A stretch of 64,000 bases of DNA from Lepidodermella squamata (taxonomy: Eukaryota > Animalia > Gastrotricha), in assembly GCA_047495785.1 (NCBI GenBank), contig JBLDXI010000042.1, forward strand, positions 3,224,001 through 3,288,000, read 5' to 3'. Position 1 is the stretch's first letter, and each line of letters starts with the position of its first letter. The position numbers were made by a program, and so were the translations under genes. The notes under the pieces are model-generated. The model was given only the letters and a program-made list of their open reading frames with translations. It was not told where the DNA came from and did not search any database. Below are positions 41,262-53,399 of this stretch, piece after piece.

Positions 41262-42981
41262 TTTCGAAGACTAATGTCTCGTTTGTAATTGAAAAGAAAT
41301 TGAAAACGACCGAAATAAATTCAGGCCAATTTACAGTACCTGATAGAATGGAGCAAATGCATTAGAATGAACCAAAAGGATAATGTATTACTTACGATAG
41401 TACTGTGTCCGGAGGTTCTAACTTGAATAAAGTAACAACGACAGGACAATCAGATACGCACTCTTGTTTTTACAACAGTTGCGTAAATGGATGAAGTTAT
41501 AGTAACTCACGGAATAACTAAAAAAATTAATCAGGATTAATTCAGTTTGGAAGAAAGTCGCGTAGTTTCCTTATTTAAAAAGTAAACGTATTACGTATTA
41601 GTTGAAGACTGTAACTCTAAAATAATGAGAAAGCTGACGGAAGAGCTGAAAGCTTTAAATTAACGAAACAACATCCAGATGTATTAGGCGTTGCTCGTCA
41701 CAAACTAGGGTACATTTCCTAATAGTGAAAATCATAAAACTCCAAATATCCATGAATACTATCTTCAGTAAAAGGTGGGTGGAGAAAGGAACACATGGCA
41801 ATGATTCAACATGAGGTTTTCAGCGAACCACAAACCGAATTCCACAATATTTCTGGGCACATAAAAGATTCAGCGGCATAAAAAAAATTCCTAATTAATA
41901 GGCATAAAAGCATATGTAAACCAGGTGTAACTCTTCCAACTGGCCAATTGTTACGTTTTCTTGATTACTCATGACACGATGACACAAGTTACTAAATGGA
42001 ATGTATGAACTACAGGGAGGTAAATCTGCTATATAGTATCTACTTCTACTCGGTTCGCGCATTCAACATTCATTCAATCAAGAGGGCAGCATCATGCATT
42101 CAACCAGTAGTCCAACGTCTCGCTAAGGCTCGAGGCTCGATAGATTTCAAGACATTGGAAACCGCAAGTGTTGCAAGTGCCACACTCCCAAGTCAACAAA
42201 GAGCTTGAAATTAACATTCAAGTTGACATTTCAACGCGAATTGAAAATTGAAACTAAATTTCAAATCAGAAAATTAAACTGGCGCAACATTGAACACCAC
42301 AGCGTGACGAACGCTGTGTTCAGCATGACAAGCGTCGCGAATTGGCAGCCGAAATGTTTCGGTCTCAGGTAAAAAGCAAACACGCATTCTCCATAATTCT
42401 CGACATTTATTTATGTTTATGCAGATTATGACTTATTTTTTAAACACTGGTTAAATTTCGAACATTTATTTTAGCCGCAGCAATCTTTGAAAGTCTGAAA
42501 AGCCGCGCAATTTTTTTGTGGGCTTCCTCACAGCTTTGTTCTTCTTGCTTGAGTCGTACCCTGATGAAAAATGAAAATCCACAGCACGTATGTTGGACAT
42601 TTGTTGCCTGCGGCCTGAGTTGTCCCAAGCCTGGCTATGTTTTAGGCACCCTTGTTACAAATCCGACCCTATCATTTAAAAACTCGTCCTGGGGATTCCA
42701 CAGGGTTGCTCTCAGCGTAACTCTTTTTCTTGGCTGGAAGCTCATAGCCTGTGTATGCGAGCGGAGGACTTAGGTTTCACATCTGGACCCATGCCAAATT
42801 GGACATTGGTATTTCGGCGTAGGGCCTAGGTTTAGCCTAGCTTCCAAATATGACCAATGACCGGTGCCATTTTTACACCCCGTCGGTAGAGTTGGTCTGT
42901 TACTGTTTATCGTTGCTGCTTGGAATCAGATGAACTTCATCATTTGAACTTTTCTGTTTGATTTTTCCTTAGAAATTAATT

Positions 42982-44112
42982 ATGGACTTTGGTTCAGTTA
43001 AAAACCTGGGAAATAAGTTGGCGTCGTTTAGTCCATTCGCCAAACAAACTGAGCAAGCAGAAGGTGAAACTCCTGCTCCTACTACAGCTGACAACCACAC
43101 TACTGCAGCTCCGACTTCTAATGAATCTGAAGAGCAGCAGCAGCAGCCTGCTGCAAGCAAAACTTCAGACATGCAAACATCGTTTTCTGGTGCTTCTGCG
43201 CTATTTTCTCAGGCATTGAATCCTCAAGCATTTCGGAATCTTGGCAGCAAAATCGGTCAATCAGTTGGCGGTCTCATTGGTCAATCATCGGTCAGCAACG
43301 ATGCTGAGAAGGAAGCATCGCCTTCTGTGGAAACTGCAGCAGAATCATCAATTGAGGCAACTTCAACAGATGGCGACAGCACCACTGAAAAATTGAAAAC
43401 ATTTGGTACTTCGTTATTTAGTTATGGAAAGCAGGCCAGTGCTTCAATGATCAAGTCGACCACTGGCGCTCTTGAGCAGATTAAGAAAACTGTTGAAGAG
43501 AAAACTCCGATTATTGCTGACTTTTCGAAAGAACAAGAGAAGTTTCTGGAAGAGAAGCGACAAACTCAAGCTGGCCCCGCTGTCGCTCCGTGGGTCGGAG
43601 CTACTGGCGGTGCTGAGGCTGAAGAGCAACTCCGAATTCGGATTCTGGAATTATCTGCCGATGAACGTAACGTCCTACGCCCTGTTCCTGCTGGTCAAAC
43701 ATTCGACTTCGACATGCGCGCTCATTCCGCTGTTGCTCTGCTTATGTTGAAACTGGACCCTCGTCTCGACTCACTACGCTTCAAATTTGTACCCAAGCGC
43801 ACTACGGAGGAAATGTTCTGGAGAAATTATTTTTATCGCGTTTCTTTATTGAAACAAAGCACTGATTTAATGTCATCGGCTAATAGTGCTGTGGCTAATG
43901 CCAACAGCAGCTCGTCCAATATTCCTGCCAATACCGCTCATAGTTCACCTGCTGATTCGCCGGACGATCAGACTAACCCCGATTTCCAGGAGGAACTAGA
44001 AAGGGCCGTTCAACAGGATTTGAATGAATACGAACTTGTGGGTGGAGCTGGCGATGATGAAATCGAACGCAATCTTGAAGCTGAAATTTTGGCTGAAATC
44101 GGATCGAAATGA
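42982..44112 (+). CDS. SYAP1: Synapse-associated protein 1 (BSD domain)
   Basis: IIADFSKEQEKF, APWVG, ILELSADERNVLRPVPAG, LRFKFVPKRTTEEMFWRNYFYRVSLLKQS; acidic C-terminus; single coding exon. Confidence 0.9.
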   Translation: MDFGSVKNLGNKLASFSPFAKQTEQAEGETPAPTTADNHTTAAPTSNESEEQQQQPAASKTSDMQTSFSGASALFSQALNPQAFRNLGSKIGQSVGGLIGQSSVSNDAEKEASPSVETAAESSIEATSTDGDSTTEKLKTFGTSLFSYGKQASASMIKSTTGALEQIKKTVEEKTPIIADFSKEQEKFLEEKRQTQAGPAVAPWVGATGGAEAEEQLRIRILELSADERNVLRPVPAGQTFDFDMRAHSAVALLMLKLDPRLDSLRFKFVPKRTTEEMFWRNYFYRVSLLKQSTDLMSSANSAVANANSSSSNIPANTAHSSPADSPDDQTNPDFQEELERAVQQDLNEYELVGGAGDDEIERNLEAEILAEIGSK

Positions 44113-44552
44113 ACACCAGCCTTTATTAACAACACCTTGTTTTTACTGATTATTTTTTTGCGCAATCGGACTCTGAGAATGACGTGACGCTTCCTGTTTA
44201 ACAACTGGGTTCTTTGTCTTTGTTTTTGTTGGACGAGAATCAAATATTTAGTGAAGACCGGGGGAATGCAAGCGTGTTTAATTTCACTTCTCATTGTCGA
44301 TTCGTTCATTGTGTCTTCTTCTTCTTCTCGCTATCTCTCGCTGTAATTTATTGGCGTTTTTTAATAACGGAAAGATGAAAAAATATTGGTCTTATTAGCA
44401 GAAGAAATTAATATAAGTGCGTCTCTTCATTTTTGCTAAAATGTTATTAGTGATGACAGTAATAATAATAATAATAACAATCGTAAGATTTTTGTCTAAT
44501 AAAATGTTTGTGCATTTCTAGTGGGTACTTATTTGGTTTTTATCGCCGCGCG

Positions 44553-45313
44553 ATGCTGGGTGAGATAATTACGCGACTGAGCGCGCTTGGTTTGTCGTCG
44601 CGAATAACTACTGCTGCTAGCCGGCCTCTGCACATGTCGGCTGTCCTCAGCGCCGAGCCGATGAAGAAAAAGAAGCGCATCGATCCGGGCCTGCTGATCG
44701 CACGCGAGCAGCGCGGCAAGCGGCGCCTCGAAAAAGCGATTCGCCGGCTAGAGAAAGCGTCGCGAAAACTGAAACCCATCGATGAAATTATCGGAGATTA
44801 CAAGTTGGCTCGCGAGAAGAAGTACTGCTTGATTTGTTACTTCAGATTCAATAAAAATTCTAATGCAATTTTTTGTGTCGCAGCTCACGCCGTCGCCAGC
44901 CCGAAAAGACGGCCAACGAACAAAAGCAGCAGGAGTCAAGTTTGTTAAAAGAATGGACAAAGTACACGCTGCAGCAACACCGCAGCGAAATGACCGCGCT
45001 GAATGCAGCCCAGCGGAGTCAAGAAAAGGCCTTAAATGAGTTGAAAAAGCTGTCCCCAGCGTTGTACGACGCCGCTATTCAAGTTGTCAAAATATTTCCG
45101 TTATTTGTTTTATTTACTCCTTTTTTTCATTTGAAACAACAGCCCGATGTCAAGTGCATTCCATTTGATCGCAGCGGGCCGACGCTGAGTCCCCCGATTG
45201 CGGGCTATCAAAGCCCGGATGGCGATTATCAGGATGTGACCAAGACGTATGAATTTCCGCTCGTCGGCAACACCTCGTCGATTTTGCGTAATCTTGTGCC
45301 GAGGCGGAAGTGA
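44553..45313 (+). CDS. MRPL40: 39S mitochondrial ribosomal protein L40, 3 exons
   Basis: Basic presequence, AEPMKKKKRIDP, RRLEKAIRRLEK...LKPIDE, ALNELKKLSPALYDAAIQ, GPTLSPPIAGYQSPDGDYQDVTK. Confidence 0.88.
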
Positions 45314-47475
45314 TCTGCTGCCTGCCTCTCTTCATTCGTTGTGCTTATATGTAATCATCACATCAAATCATACACGCATCGGAACTAAAAATAAAAACTC
45401 AAATTTTCGCATGCGTTGTTTTCCATCTGGGTTCAGTTTCACATTTACTAATCAATTCCGCGATATGAGTAGCGTGGGAATTTTCGATTTTAAGCATGAT
45501 ATCGATTTATTCGCTGCTCATCTTGACATCTCTTTTTGCCGGCGAGTGTAAATAAGAAAAAACTAGTAATTATTGAGATTTGTGGCTATAATCAATGCTA
45601 AATTATGAAGTTCTGCCGGGCGTAAGTGATACAAGTAAATATATGCTCAGTTATTGATTGAACTTGCAAGGATGGAAACGATGCTTTTTTATAGACACAG
45701 GAAAGCTCATATTTCATCATTGAAACCGGGACCCAAAAGAATGTGGCTTGACGGCATGCCGTTTTCGCTACATATTACGAAGTCAACGAAAACGACGTAT
45801 TCTAAGCCGTTTCGTTTCGAAAATATGCATTTGCTTCCGCTGGACTTCGCGGTAGCTACCTATGTGCCTGTTTAGCACTCAGGTAATCTGCCCAGTTTCC
45901 TGATTTATATCCTGACGTCCATCACTGATTTCACGGCGCATCGAGATATCAGATATCAGTCATTTTTTAAACCACAGCTTAAAAAATCGATAGTTACCTA
46001 CCTGTCAGCTGGAAAAGCCCAATAGAATGTGTTTCGCGTGGTAGTTCGTAATGGAAGATTTATATTTAAAATTTAACAACTACGTCGCTGCGTATGAGCT
46101 TACGGTGTTTGGCTCGGGGTGTTTTAGAAAGCAAGCGTGACAATAAATAACCGTTACGCTCTTCGGGGAAATTTACTTTCGGTAGATATTGAGACCTCAG
46201 CACATCTTAAAGACATTTTGTTTGGCGCAACGTCATAATTTGGAACTGAAAATGTCAACTTGGCTGATATTTCACTAGCTGATTTCAGTGGATTTATGTC
46301 CGAATAGGTTTATTTCCATTTTCTCAACTTGAATGACGATGTCAATGATAATTTTCGAAAATTCATGAGAAATTAAGTTCCGATCCTATTTCCTCAACTT
46401 TGATGCTTTTGGATGGTTCATTTTCCCGGCTGAATTATTATAATATACACAGAAAAACTTCGAATACAGTCGACGATCCGGCAACCATAAAAAGGCAGCT
46501 TGCCCAAAATGACTGAAAGCAATTTTTTAAAACAAAAATCCGAAAATAGAAGATGAGAACGGCAGTAACGTCAGGTAATTTTAGAAACCTAGAGAAAATG
46601 TCTTAGGATCAAGCGTCAAGCCAATCATGTGCACGTTTCCTAATTCTCGCGTCGGGTTGTGACAGATGCACGCCCGCTGTAGTAATGATTGTCCGAAAAT
46701 TAAACTAATCGGTGCAACTTTAATCGGCAAGATTATTTTTCGAGACTTGCCTGTCATGAATCGATAAAATGTATGTTCCTTGATGTTCAATCTTTGAAAA
46801 TCATCATTTAGTTCAGAGTAATCAGTCGAAACTGTCTATACGCTCGTACAGCAACAACACGCATGATATTTCCTCAAGCCTCGCTTCCATTCTTACTTAT
46901 TTCATTCTGGCCGTCGATTATCTTGAAAAGTGACAGCGAACTAGTTTCAGATTATTCGCCATCAGAAAATTTCCACCTTTGAACAAATCTGCGAGATTCA
47001 TAGAAATTATCAGCTTTTTTAATCAAGAGACAGTCATTTAATACGCCGCATAAGTTTATTTGTGTAAAAACAAATTGGACTGATAGCTCAAATCATTGCA
47101 GAATTCTCAAATTTTATCTTGCCCTTGAGGCACTCCACGGATATATGTAAGAAAGAAAGTCATAAGCATTTTTAAATTTTCCGCTAGCATTTTTTAAATG
47201 TCTGCGACATTTATCTATCAACAGATCGAATAAAGACGACGCGAGAGAGAAACCGGGATTTAGAAGCCCGTCACAAATAATAATTGAAGTTATTCGCAAT
47301 ACAACAACAGTTTTTTCTTTTTATAGTTTTACACAACTCGCAACCCGTTTCAGGTACAACTTTTTTGGCAAATTATAACAAATGTTAAGGAATTAAAACA
47401 TTACGTTTTGCTCACCGAGAGATTTCAGCCATAGAAAAAATCTTACGAGTTCGAAATTTGATCAACGAGCAATAC

Positions 47476-49902
47476 TTATTGTTTCAAGTCTAAGAAAAGC
47501 TTTTCGCGTTTGCTCAGCTTCAAAGTGTCACGAAGAGATGCGGAATGCGCGGGGACAGGCAGAGCTAGCAAATCGGATTTCGCACCGCCAGGCGTTGCTG
47601 CATTGCGAACGAGCATAAACTCAGCGGCTGTGATTGTTTCGAAGTTTGCGGATATTGCGGCGATCAACTCTTGTAAGGTGGCAGCTTCGTACAGCTTGAT
47701 GAGCAGCCGATCGTCGTTCGGCAAATGCACCAGAACATGGAAATGCGGAGTCGAACCAGGCGGACCAACGACAACTGAAATATAAACGAAAAATGATATT
47801 TTTTGTCCAAAATTCACATGTCAAGCGGACACCCTAAACGTTTATCATTAAATTCAAGGCTCCATCCTAAGATTTTTCCAAAAATATGTTTTTTCAAGTT
47901 TCGCGTCATGCTAAATTAGTAGATTTAAGTCTAAAAAAAAGTATCTCATATTACACTTATTTAGCAATATGAGTGGTCAATTTACGACTTATACGCCGAT
48001 ATCGATTTCACAACAAAGTGATTTTTTCCGATATCCGCAAACCTGGAAGTCAAATTGGAATGGAAAGGAGAAATTCTGAGAAATTCTGAGAAAGGAGAAG
48101 TGCCAGGATCATAATTTCAGAGACGCAAATATTCAGTTCACGTGGTTGAAGTTTCTACCGAAATATAATCTACCTCAAAGTCTTTAAGTCGCATTGAAGA
48201 CTATTCGATTATTTGTTATGGATTAAATGCTAGGATCCTGAATTTTGAGATCTTGAAGAGGAAAAAATGAAGAAAATATACCATCAATTTGTTTTGGAGC
48301 AGGCGAGGGTTCGATTTTGCGGCTGCCATTAGGCGCTGCTACTGCTGCGGCCGCTGGTTCCTTTTTCTCCTCCACCTTATTCATTGAGCTAGAATTCGGT
48401 ACCAAGGTCGTCGCAGCACCGTTATTATGGCCATTGACCAGCGGCTTCACTTCGTGATTCGTGGATGAAGAAGGCTTTTTAGGCAACGCCGGCTTTTCCT
48501 CAGGCTTCGGCTTTTTAACCGGCGAAGTCGCAGGACTAGGTTCCGGAGCAGGTTTTTCAGCAAGAAAGTCAGTTACTAAAATGCAATTCAGAATTAAGAG
48601 AAATTATAGGGCTAATCGCGGCTAATACTCACGTTTTTGAAAGAGCTCATTTGGAGAGGTAGGTAGAGAAGCAACCCGCTCACCGGTTCGAGGGTCGATG
48701 ATTCCAACAAATGGATACGAGGTAACCTTGTAAAACTGCACAAATCTCGTGCCCTCGTGTCCATCATTGTAGACTTGCCACAAAACGAAAGAATTCTGAA
48801 TCAGCTCGACAAAGCGTTTATCCCGCCAAACGTCGCGATTCAAGCATAGTGATGGGAACTCGTTCAGCTCCTGGACATTTACAATGAGCCAACGATTTTG
48901 AGCAGTTGCGAACCGACGGGCTTCTTGAAAGGTTCCTCGACATAGCAAATCAACCGGCGGTTTGAAAATTCGATCAAGAGTTGTGGATGAGCCGTCTTCG
49001 CCGAGAGATGATGGAGCTCCATTAGGCAAAACCAAAGGTGGCATCTGATGAGATCGAGCTCGGGAAGCTTCCGTAGAAGTACCAGGATTATCAGCTTGAG
49101 ACACACGCTCAATCGGTACTTTGAATAACGAATCACATGCCGATTAAACTTTATCAAAGTTTCAATAACTTACGAGTGTCAGAAGCCATAAAACGATAAC
49201 GATCGAATGTCGAACCTCCAGGCGCATCTTCTCGTCCGCTGAATGCACCCGCCATAGCAGCGCGTAATGCAGCTGATGGTCCGTTCGCTCCTGGACCAGC
49301 GGCGCCTTGAGCAACCCCGATGGTTCGAGCATAGTGAAGAGGTCGGAAGGAACCTGGCATTGGCCGATCAACGTCGTCAACTAATCGCATTTGTTGGGGT
49401 GCAATAGGCGCTCGGACATCATCTGCATCCATGGGACGAGCTGTAGATTTTGCTAAACAAGCATGCATAATAAAATTAAGGAAATGAATTGGTCGCATAT
49501 TTTACGTTGTGGCCGAACCGGAGACATTCTTCTTTGCCGAACAAACGGAATCTCGCTGTCATCATCACTATCGTCGTTGATAACCAGAGAATTGAAGCGA
49601 TTAGCGTGTTCAGGTATTTCTGAAGAATGATTAGGCATAGGTGGGATTTCTGTCGGGGATTCAAGGTGGAGCTGCACAGCCTTCTCCAAATCCCAGTTGC
49701 AAGCCTCAAGCAGGTATCGAGCGACTTCTACGCGCATGTCTTGAAAGATAGTGCAGAGCCGCTGGACGACTTCATCGGAGCCAGATGAAGATGCAGCGCC
49801 TGGGCGACCATGAGTGAATGAATGCCGACTGCTTCCGGAAGAACTGCCACTGCTGTCACTTCGAGGCGACCCTGGGTAGCCTCCGCGCTGGCGTTTCGGC
49901 AT
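47476..49902 (-). CDS. UBXN7: UBX domain protein 7-like (UBA-like, UAS, UBX), multi-exon
   Basis: ARYLLEACNWDLEKAVQLH (UBA-like), DDVRAPI, IFKPPVDL...WLIVNVQELNEFPSLCLNRDVW...FPFVGIIDPRTGE-type UAS segment, C-terminal UBX-like exon. Confidence 0.85.
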
Positions 49903-50066
49903 TTAACGATTTCTATAATTAAAACACTGTTATAAGTTGATGGAAGGGAGAGCATTGAGCTGATGGGCATGACTCCACACTTTATTCGATAGTGAGTATA
50001 AAATCATCGGGAAACCATCAAAAATAATGCAGTGTGCCACAATTTAACAAACTAAATGTCGCAAAG

Positions 50067-50333
50067 CTACTTTGATTTAGGCGGATCATTACGGCCAAGA
50101 ATAGTCCGAGGCTGGTAAGATTTGAGGTTGGCAGCTTTAGTAACGTCTCTGTCATCATCCGTTAAATGACGCTCTTCTCGTTCTTCCAAGATGCTCTTCT
50201 CTTTCCATATCGGCTGTTTATCGCCATTTATTGCCCTTTCAAGCTGATAGCCTATTGCGCCGACGACCACAGCAATGGGAAAAGTAATGTAAGGCGCGTA
50301 GTTTCTCAAGGTTCCAATGATAAGTGGCCACAT
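50067..50333 (-). CDS. SMIM12: Small integral membrane protein 12 (UPF0767)
   Basis: MWPLIIGTLRNYAPYITFPIAVVVGAIGYQLE...SILEEREERHL, the family pattern; ATG at 50333. Confidence 0.88.
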   Translation of the reverse strand: MWPLIIGTLRNYAPYITFPIAVVVGAIGYQLERAINGDKQPIWKEKSILEEREERHLTDDDRDVTKAANLKSYQPRTILGRNDPPKSK

Positions 50334-51125
50334 TTCACTTGTATTTCGCTCTCTAAACAAATACGTGGAAGTAGTAGATGAATCATAGTGCATGAGAAAT
50401 GCTAAATGGCTCAGATAAGCAGATCTTTTTCTTCTTGAAACCCAAAGACTAAATGCATCGAAGGTAATCAATTACATAAGACTTAAACAAGCATCTGACA
50501 TCTGATCAATATTTGTAAGGTACTATGGAACTTGCTAGAGAAAGTTTACTACTAACACCGCTAATAAAAAGATATCCGATATCCCCGAAACCCGAAAAGT
50601 AACAATTGGAGTTCAACTGGAGCTTGCAACTAGCAACTATCTTCTCAACTTGAACCCTGTGGCTGAGCCAGATTTCGGCCACCCCAAACAACCCGCCTAA
50701 AACTTGAACAAGATTGAAGCAATCTTTTAAAGTTGACGCTTATTATTTGTTTGGCGGAGGGAAAATCCGATTGCTTGCCCAATTACCTGTAATTTCCACT
50801 TTTATCTGCGCAATAATTATTTTTAAATATTTTGAACGAAAAAATGGAAACAGCTGTTTGTCGGGTTAGTTTTTTGGCACTGGACCCCACCGATTTTTCG
50901 TTGAGCCGCTTGCTGCGTCATTCGAACGAAGTGAGTGCATCGGTGGCAATTCAGTACAGTTTTACCGAGTGTTCAAGATTCAGCAATGTGTCACACCATT
51001 AAATCGCTTAATTTTTCGCTTACAAAGCACATAGCTTGTAGATTTGTTTTTTTCAGTACCTTGCTGGAATAACTGTTTGAAACTCTTTGAAATAACTGTT
51101 ATCTGAATATTCATTAGAGTTTTAA

Positions 51126-53033
51126 ATGGCAGATGTGTATTTGTCATTTTCGGGATGTGGATTTCTTGGTATCTATCATGTTGGTGTCGCTAGCTGCATA
51201 AAGCAATATGCGCCATCTCTTTGTCAAAACAAAATTGCTGGAGCATCAGCAGGCGCGCTCGTTGGCTGCGTTTTGATGTGTAATTGCTGTCTCGGACAAT
51301 GTACCAGCTACACCTTGCGACTTGCAGCCAGAGCTCGAACCAGAGCTCTTGGGCCATTACATCCAGACTTTGATTTGATTCGGCACTTGAAAACTGGTTT
51401 GGAAGAAATTCTGCCTATGGATGCTCACGTACGTTGCACTGGTCGATTGTTCGTAAGTGTTACTCGAGTCAGCGACGGTGAAAACGTCTTGTTGTCGAAT
51501 TTCCCGACCCGAGAGCATTTGCTTCAAGCTCTACTATGCAGCACGTTTATTCCGCTATATTCAGGAATGACCCCTCCTACGTTTGAAGGAGTAGCCTATG
51601 TTGATGGTGCATTCAGCAACAATCTTCCCAAGTTTCCAGTTGGTGCGACTATCACAGTATGTCCTTTTGCAGGTGAAAGTGATATTTGCCCTAGAGATCA
51701 AAAGTCTTCCCACTCGATGCTTATGGCTATTGCTCCTGCTGGTACTCCATTCCTGATGACCGATGTCAATATTAACCGACTATCTCAAGTATTGTTTCCA
51801 CCGCATCCTGTCGACTTGGCCAAAATCTGTCAAGACGGGTTTCGTGACGCTTTGAGATTCCTCTCGCTGGCTGGCTACATCAACAAAATGCCTGACATTA
51901 TCCAACTTCAGGCTTGCGTAACTTCAACAAAGAATCCTCCGGTAAGCCGAGTTGGCGGTCGTTCTTCTTGTGTCACCTCTGACGATGAGTCGGGCGGAGA
52001 AACTTATCGAATGCAAAACCGGAGGAACAGTTTGGAGTCAAGTTTGTTTCAACGATATAGGCGGCGCCATTCATCAACTGGTTCGCATGATGCGTCGTCA
52101 GCCGTGCTTCATCCTCATGGTTCACTTTTGGCCGACGTTAAGCCGAAGGCGTCTGGCACTGGAGAACTTCATTTTCTTCCACCCCTAGCGCGACGAGAAT
52201 TTATGGAACATCTGGCTGATAGTCAAGGACTATTATACTCCTTATTTCAGTCAAAGGCATATCGAATTTGCTCGGTTTTAGCGTCTCCTCTCTACCTACC
52301 GGGTGAAGTTTGTTTCCGAATCGCGAGAAAGGTAACGCGATATTCGCTTAATTGTGCCAAATCGTTGTTCAAGAGTACGGTTGGGCGTGTTTACCGTTTA
52401 CTGGATTACTTCTATTCAACAGCGGTGCTATACTCGCCGATCGTTATCACAAGCCAGCCTGATGGCCGGCTAATTTGTTCGCTCGATGTTGTTGCAGATC
52501 GTTTGAATGGCGAGTCTGCTGAGATGATTTTCCGGAAAAACCGCCCTGCCCCAGCAGTTCAAATACAAGACCCACCCGAGTTGATTGCTACAATTGCTGC
52601 ACCATCGCCTAGATCAACTCAGTCAACGCCTTCCTACCCCGCAAGTCCGGCTTCAACTCGAGCACAACATTTGGTGCATCTTCATTTGAATTCAACCTCT
52701 GACGACCCGGAAAAAGTTCGCCGTTTGGCTCACGGCCGAGTTGATTCCGAAGCTGCTGCAGCTTGTTTGGATACCTTGCTAATGAGGAGTTCGTCTGTTG
52801 ATGATACAACTGTGCAGGATGACAACGATTTCCCAGATCGTCGTGATTCATTCCATCGAAGGAGATTAAAGCGAAGCGTCACCACCGAGGACAACACCGC
52901 TGCGATTGAGCAACTTGTTGGGGTTCGTGGTAAAAATTCAAACGCGCCGGTTCTGTCCTATTATTACCCGGACCGTCAAACGGACCGATTACTGGTTTGG
53001 GAGTTGAAGGAGCTCGACCACAATGGTTCTTGA
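51126..53033 (+). CDS. PNPLA2: Patatin-like phospholipase / adipose triglyceride lipase (brummer-like)
   Basis: SFSGCGFLGIYHVG, GASAG nucleophile elbow, YVDGAFSNNLP, ITVCPFAGESDICP; intronless 635 aa. Confidence 0.88.
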   Translation: MADVYLSFSGCGFLGIYHVGVASCIKQYAPSLCQNKIAGASAGALVGCVLMCNCCLGQCTSYTLRLAARARTRALGPLHPDFDLIRHLKTGLEEILPMDAHVRCTGRLFVSVTRVSDGENVLLSNFPTREHLLQALLCSTFIPLYSGMTPPTFEGVAYVDGAFSNNLPKFPVGATITVCPFAGESDICPRDQKSSHSMLMAIAPAGTPFLMTDVNINRLSQVLFPPHPVDLAKICQDGFRDALRFLSLAGYINKMPDIIQLQACVTSTKNPPVSRVGGRSSCVTSDDESGGETYRMQNRRNSLESSLFQRYRRRHSSTGSHDASSAVLHPHGSLLADVKPKASGTGELHFLPPLARREFMEHLADSQGLLYSLFQSKAYRICSVLASPLYLPGEVCFRIARKVTRYSLNCAKSLFKSTVGRVYRLLDYFYSTAVLYSPIVITSQPDGRLICSLDVVADRLNGESAEMIFRKNRPAPAVQIQDPPELIATIAAPSPRSTQSTPSYPASPASTRAQHLVHLHLNSTSDDPEKVRRLAHGRVDSEAAAACLDTLLMRSSSVDDTTVQDDNDFPDRRDSFHRRRLKRSVTTEDNTAAIEQLVGVRGKNSNAPVLSYYYPDRQTDRLLVWELKELDHNGS

Positions 53034-53399
53034 TTTATTCCCGCCGATGATTGATTGCTATAAATTAATTTTTTTGAACTTGTGAAATTTTACATTTCGG
53101 CTCATTTTTTCCGATGAATGCAAAAACCGGTTCTGTTTATGCTTATCGATATAATTTAATAATCAAATTATTGTAAGGTTAGGTCTTATTTGAGCCTTAT
53201 TGAAATATGCGTTTTTGTTGTTTTTTTCTATCACGTTCTGTATGAAAGATTGCTTGAGAAATGATACTATGAGCTTTTAATCTTATTATCATTATTTAAG
53301 GCGCCGTTAACAACCCGAGTAGATGAGAGGAGAAACAAATAAATGGAAAATATTTAAAACATCGTGTCTTATTTTTAGATATATTTTTAAGCTTGAAAA

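Noticed and set aside
42960-42984. Acceptors just upstream of the SYAP1, PNPLA2 and SMIM12 ATGs as trans-splice sites
   Set aside because: Plausible upstream cis donors exist (e.g. ~42369/42450, gtgagt at 50931, ~50786 on the minus strand), so these may be ordinary 5' UTR introns
44460-44477. (AAT)n microsatellite; also (TG)n near 23108
   Set aside because: Ordinary short simple repeats
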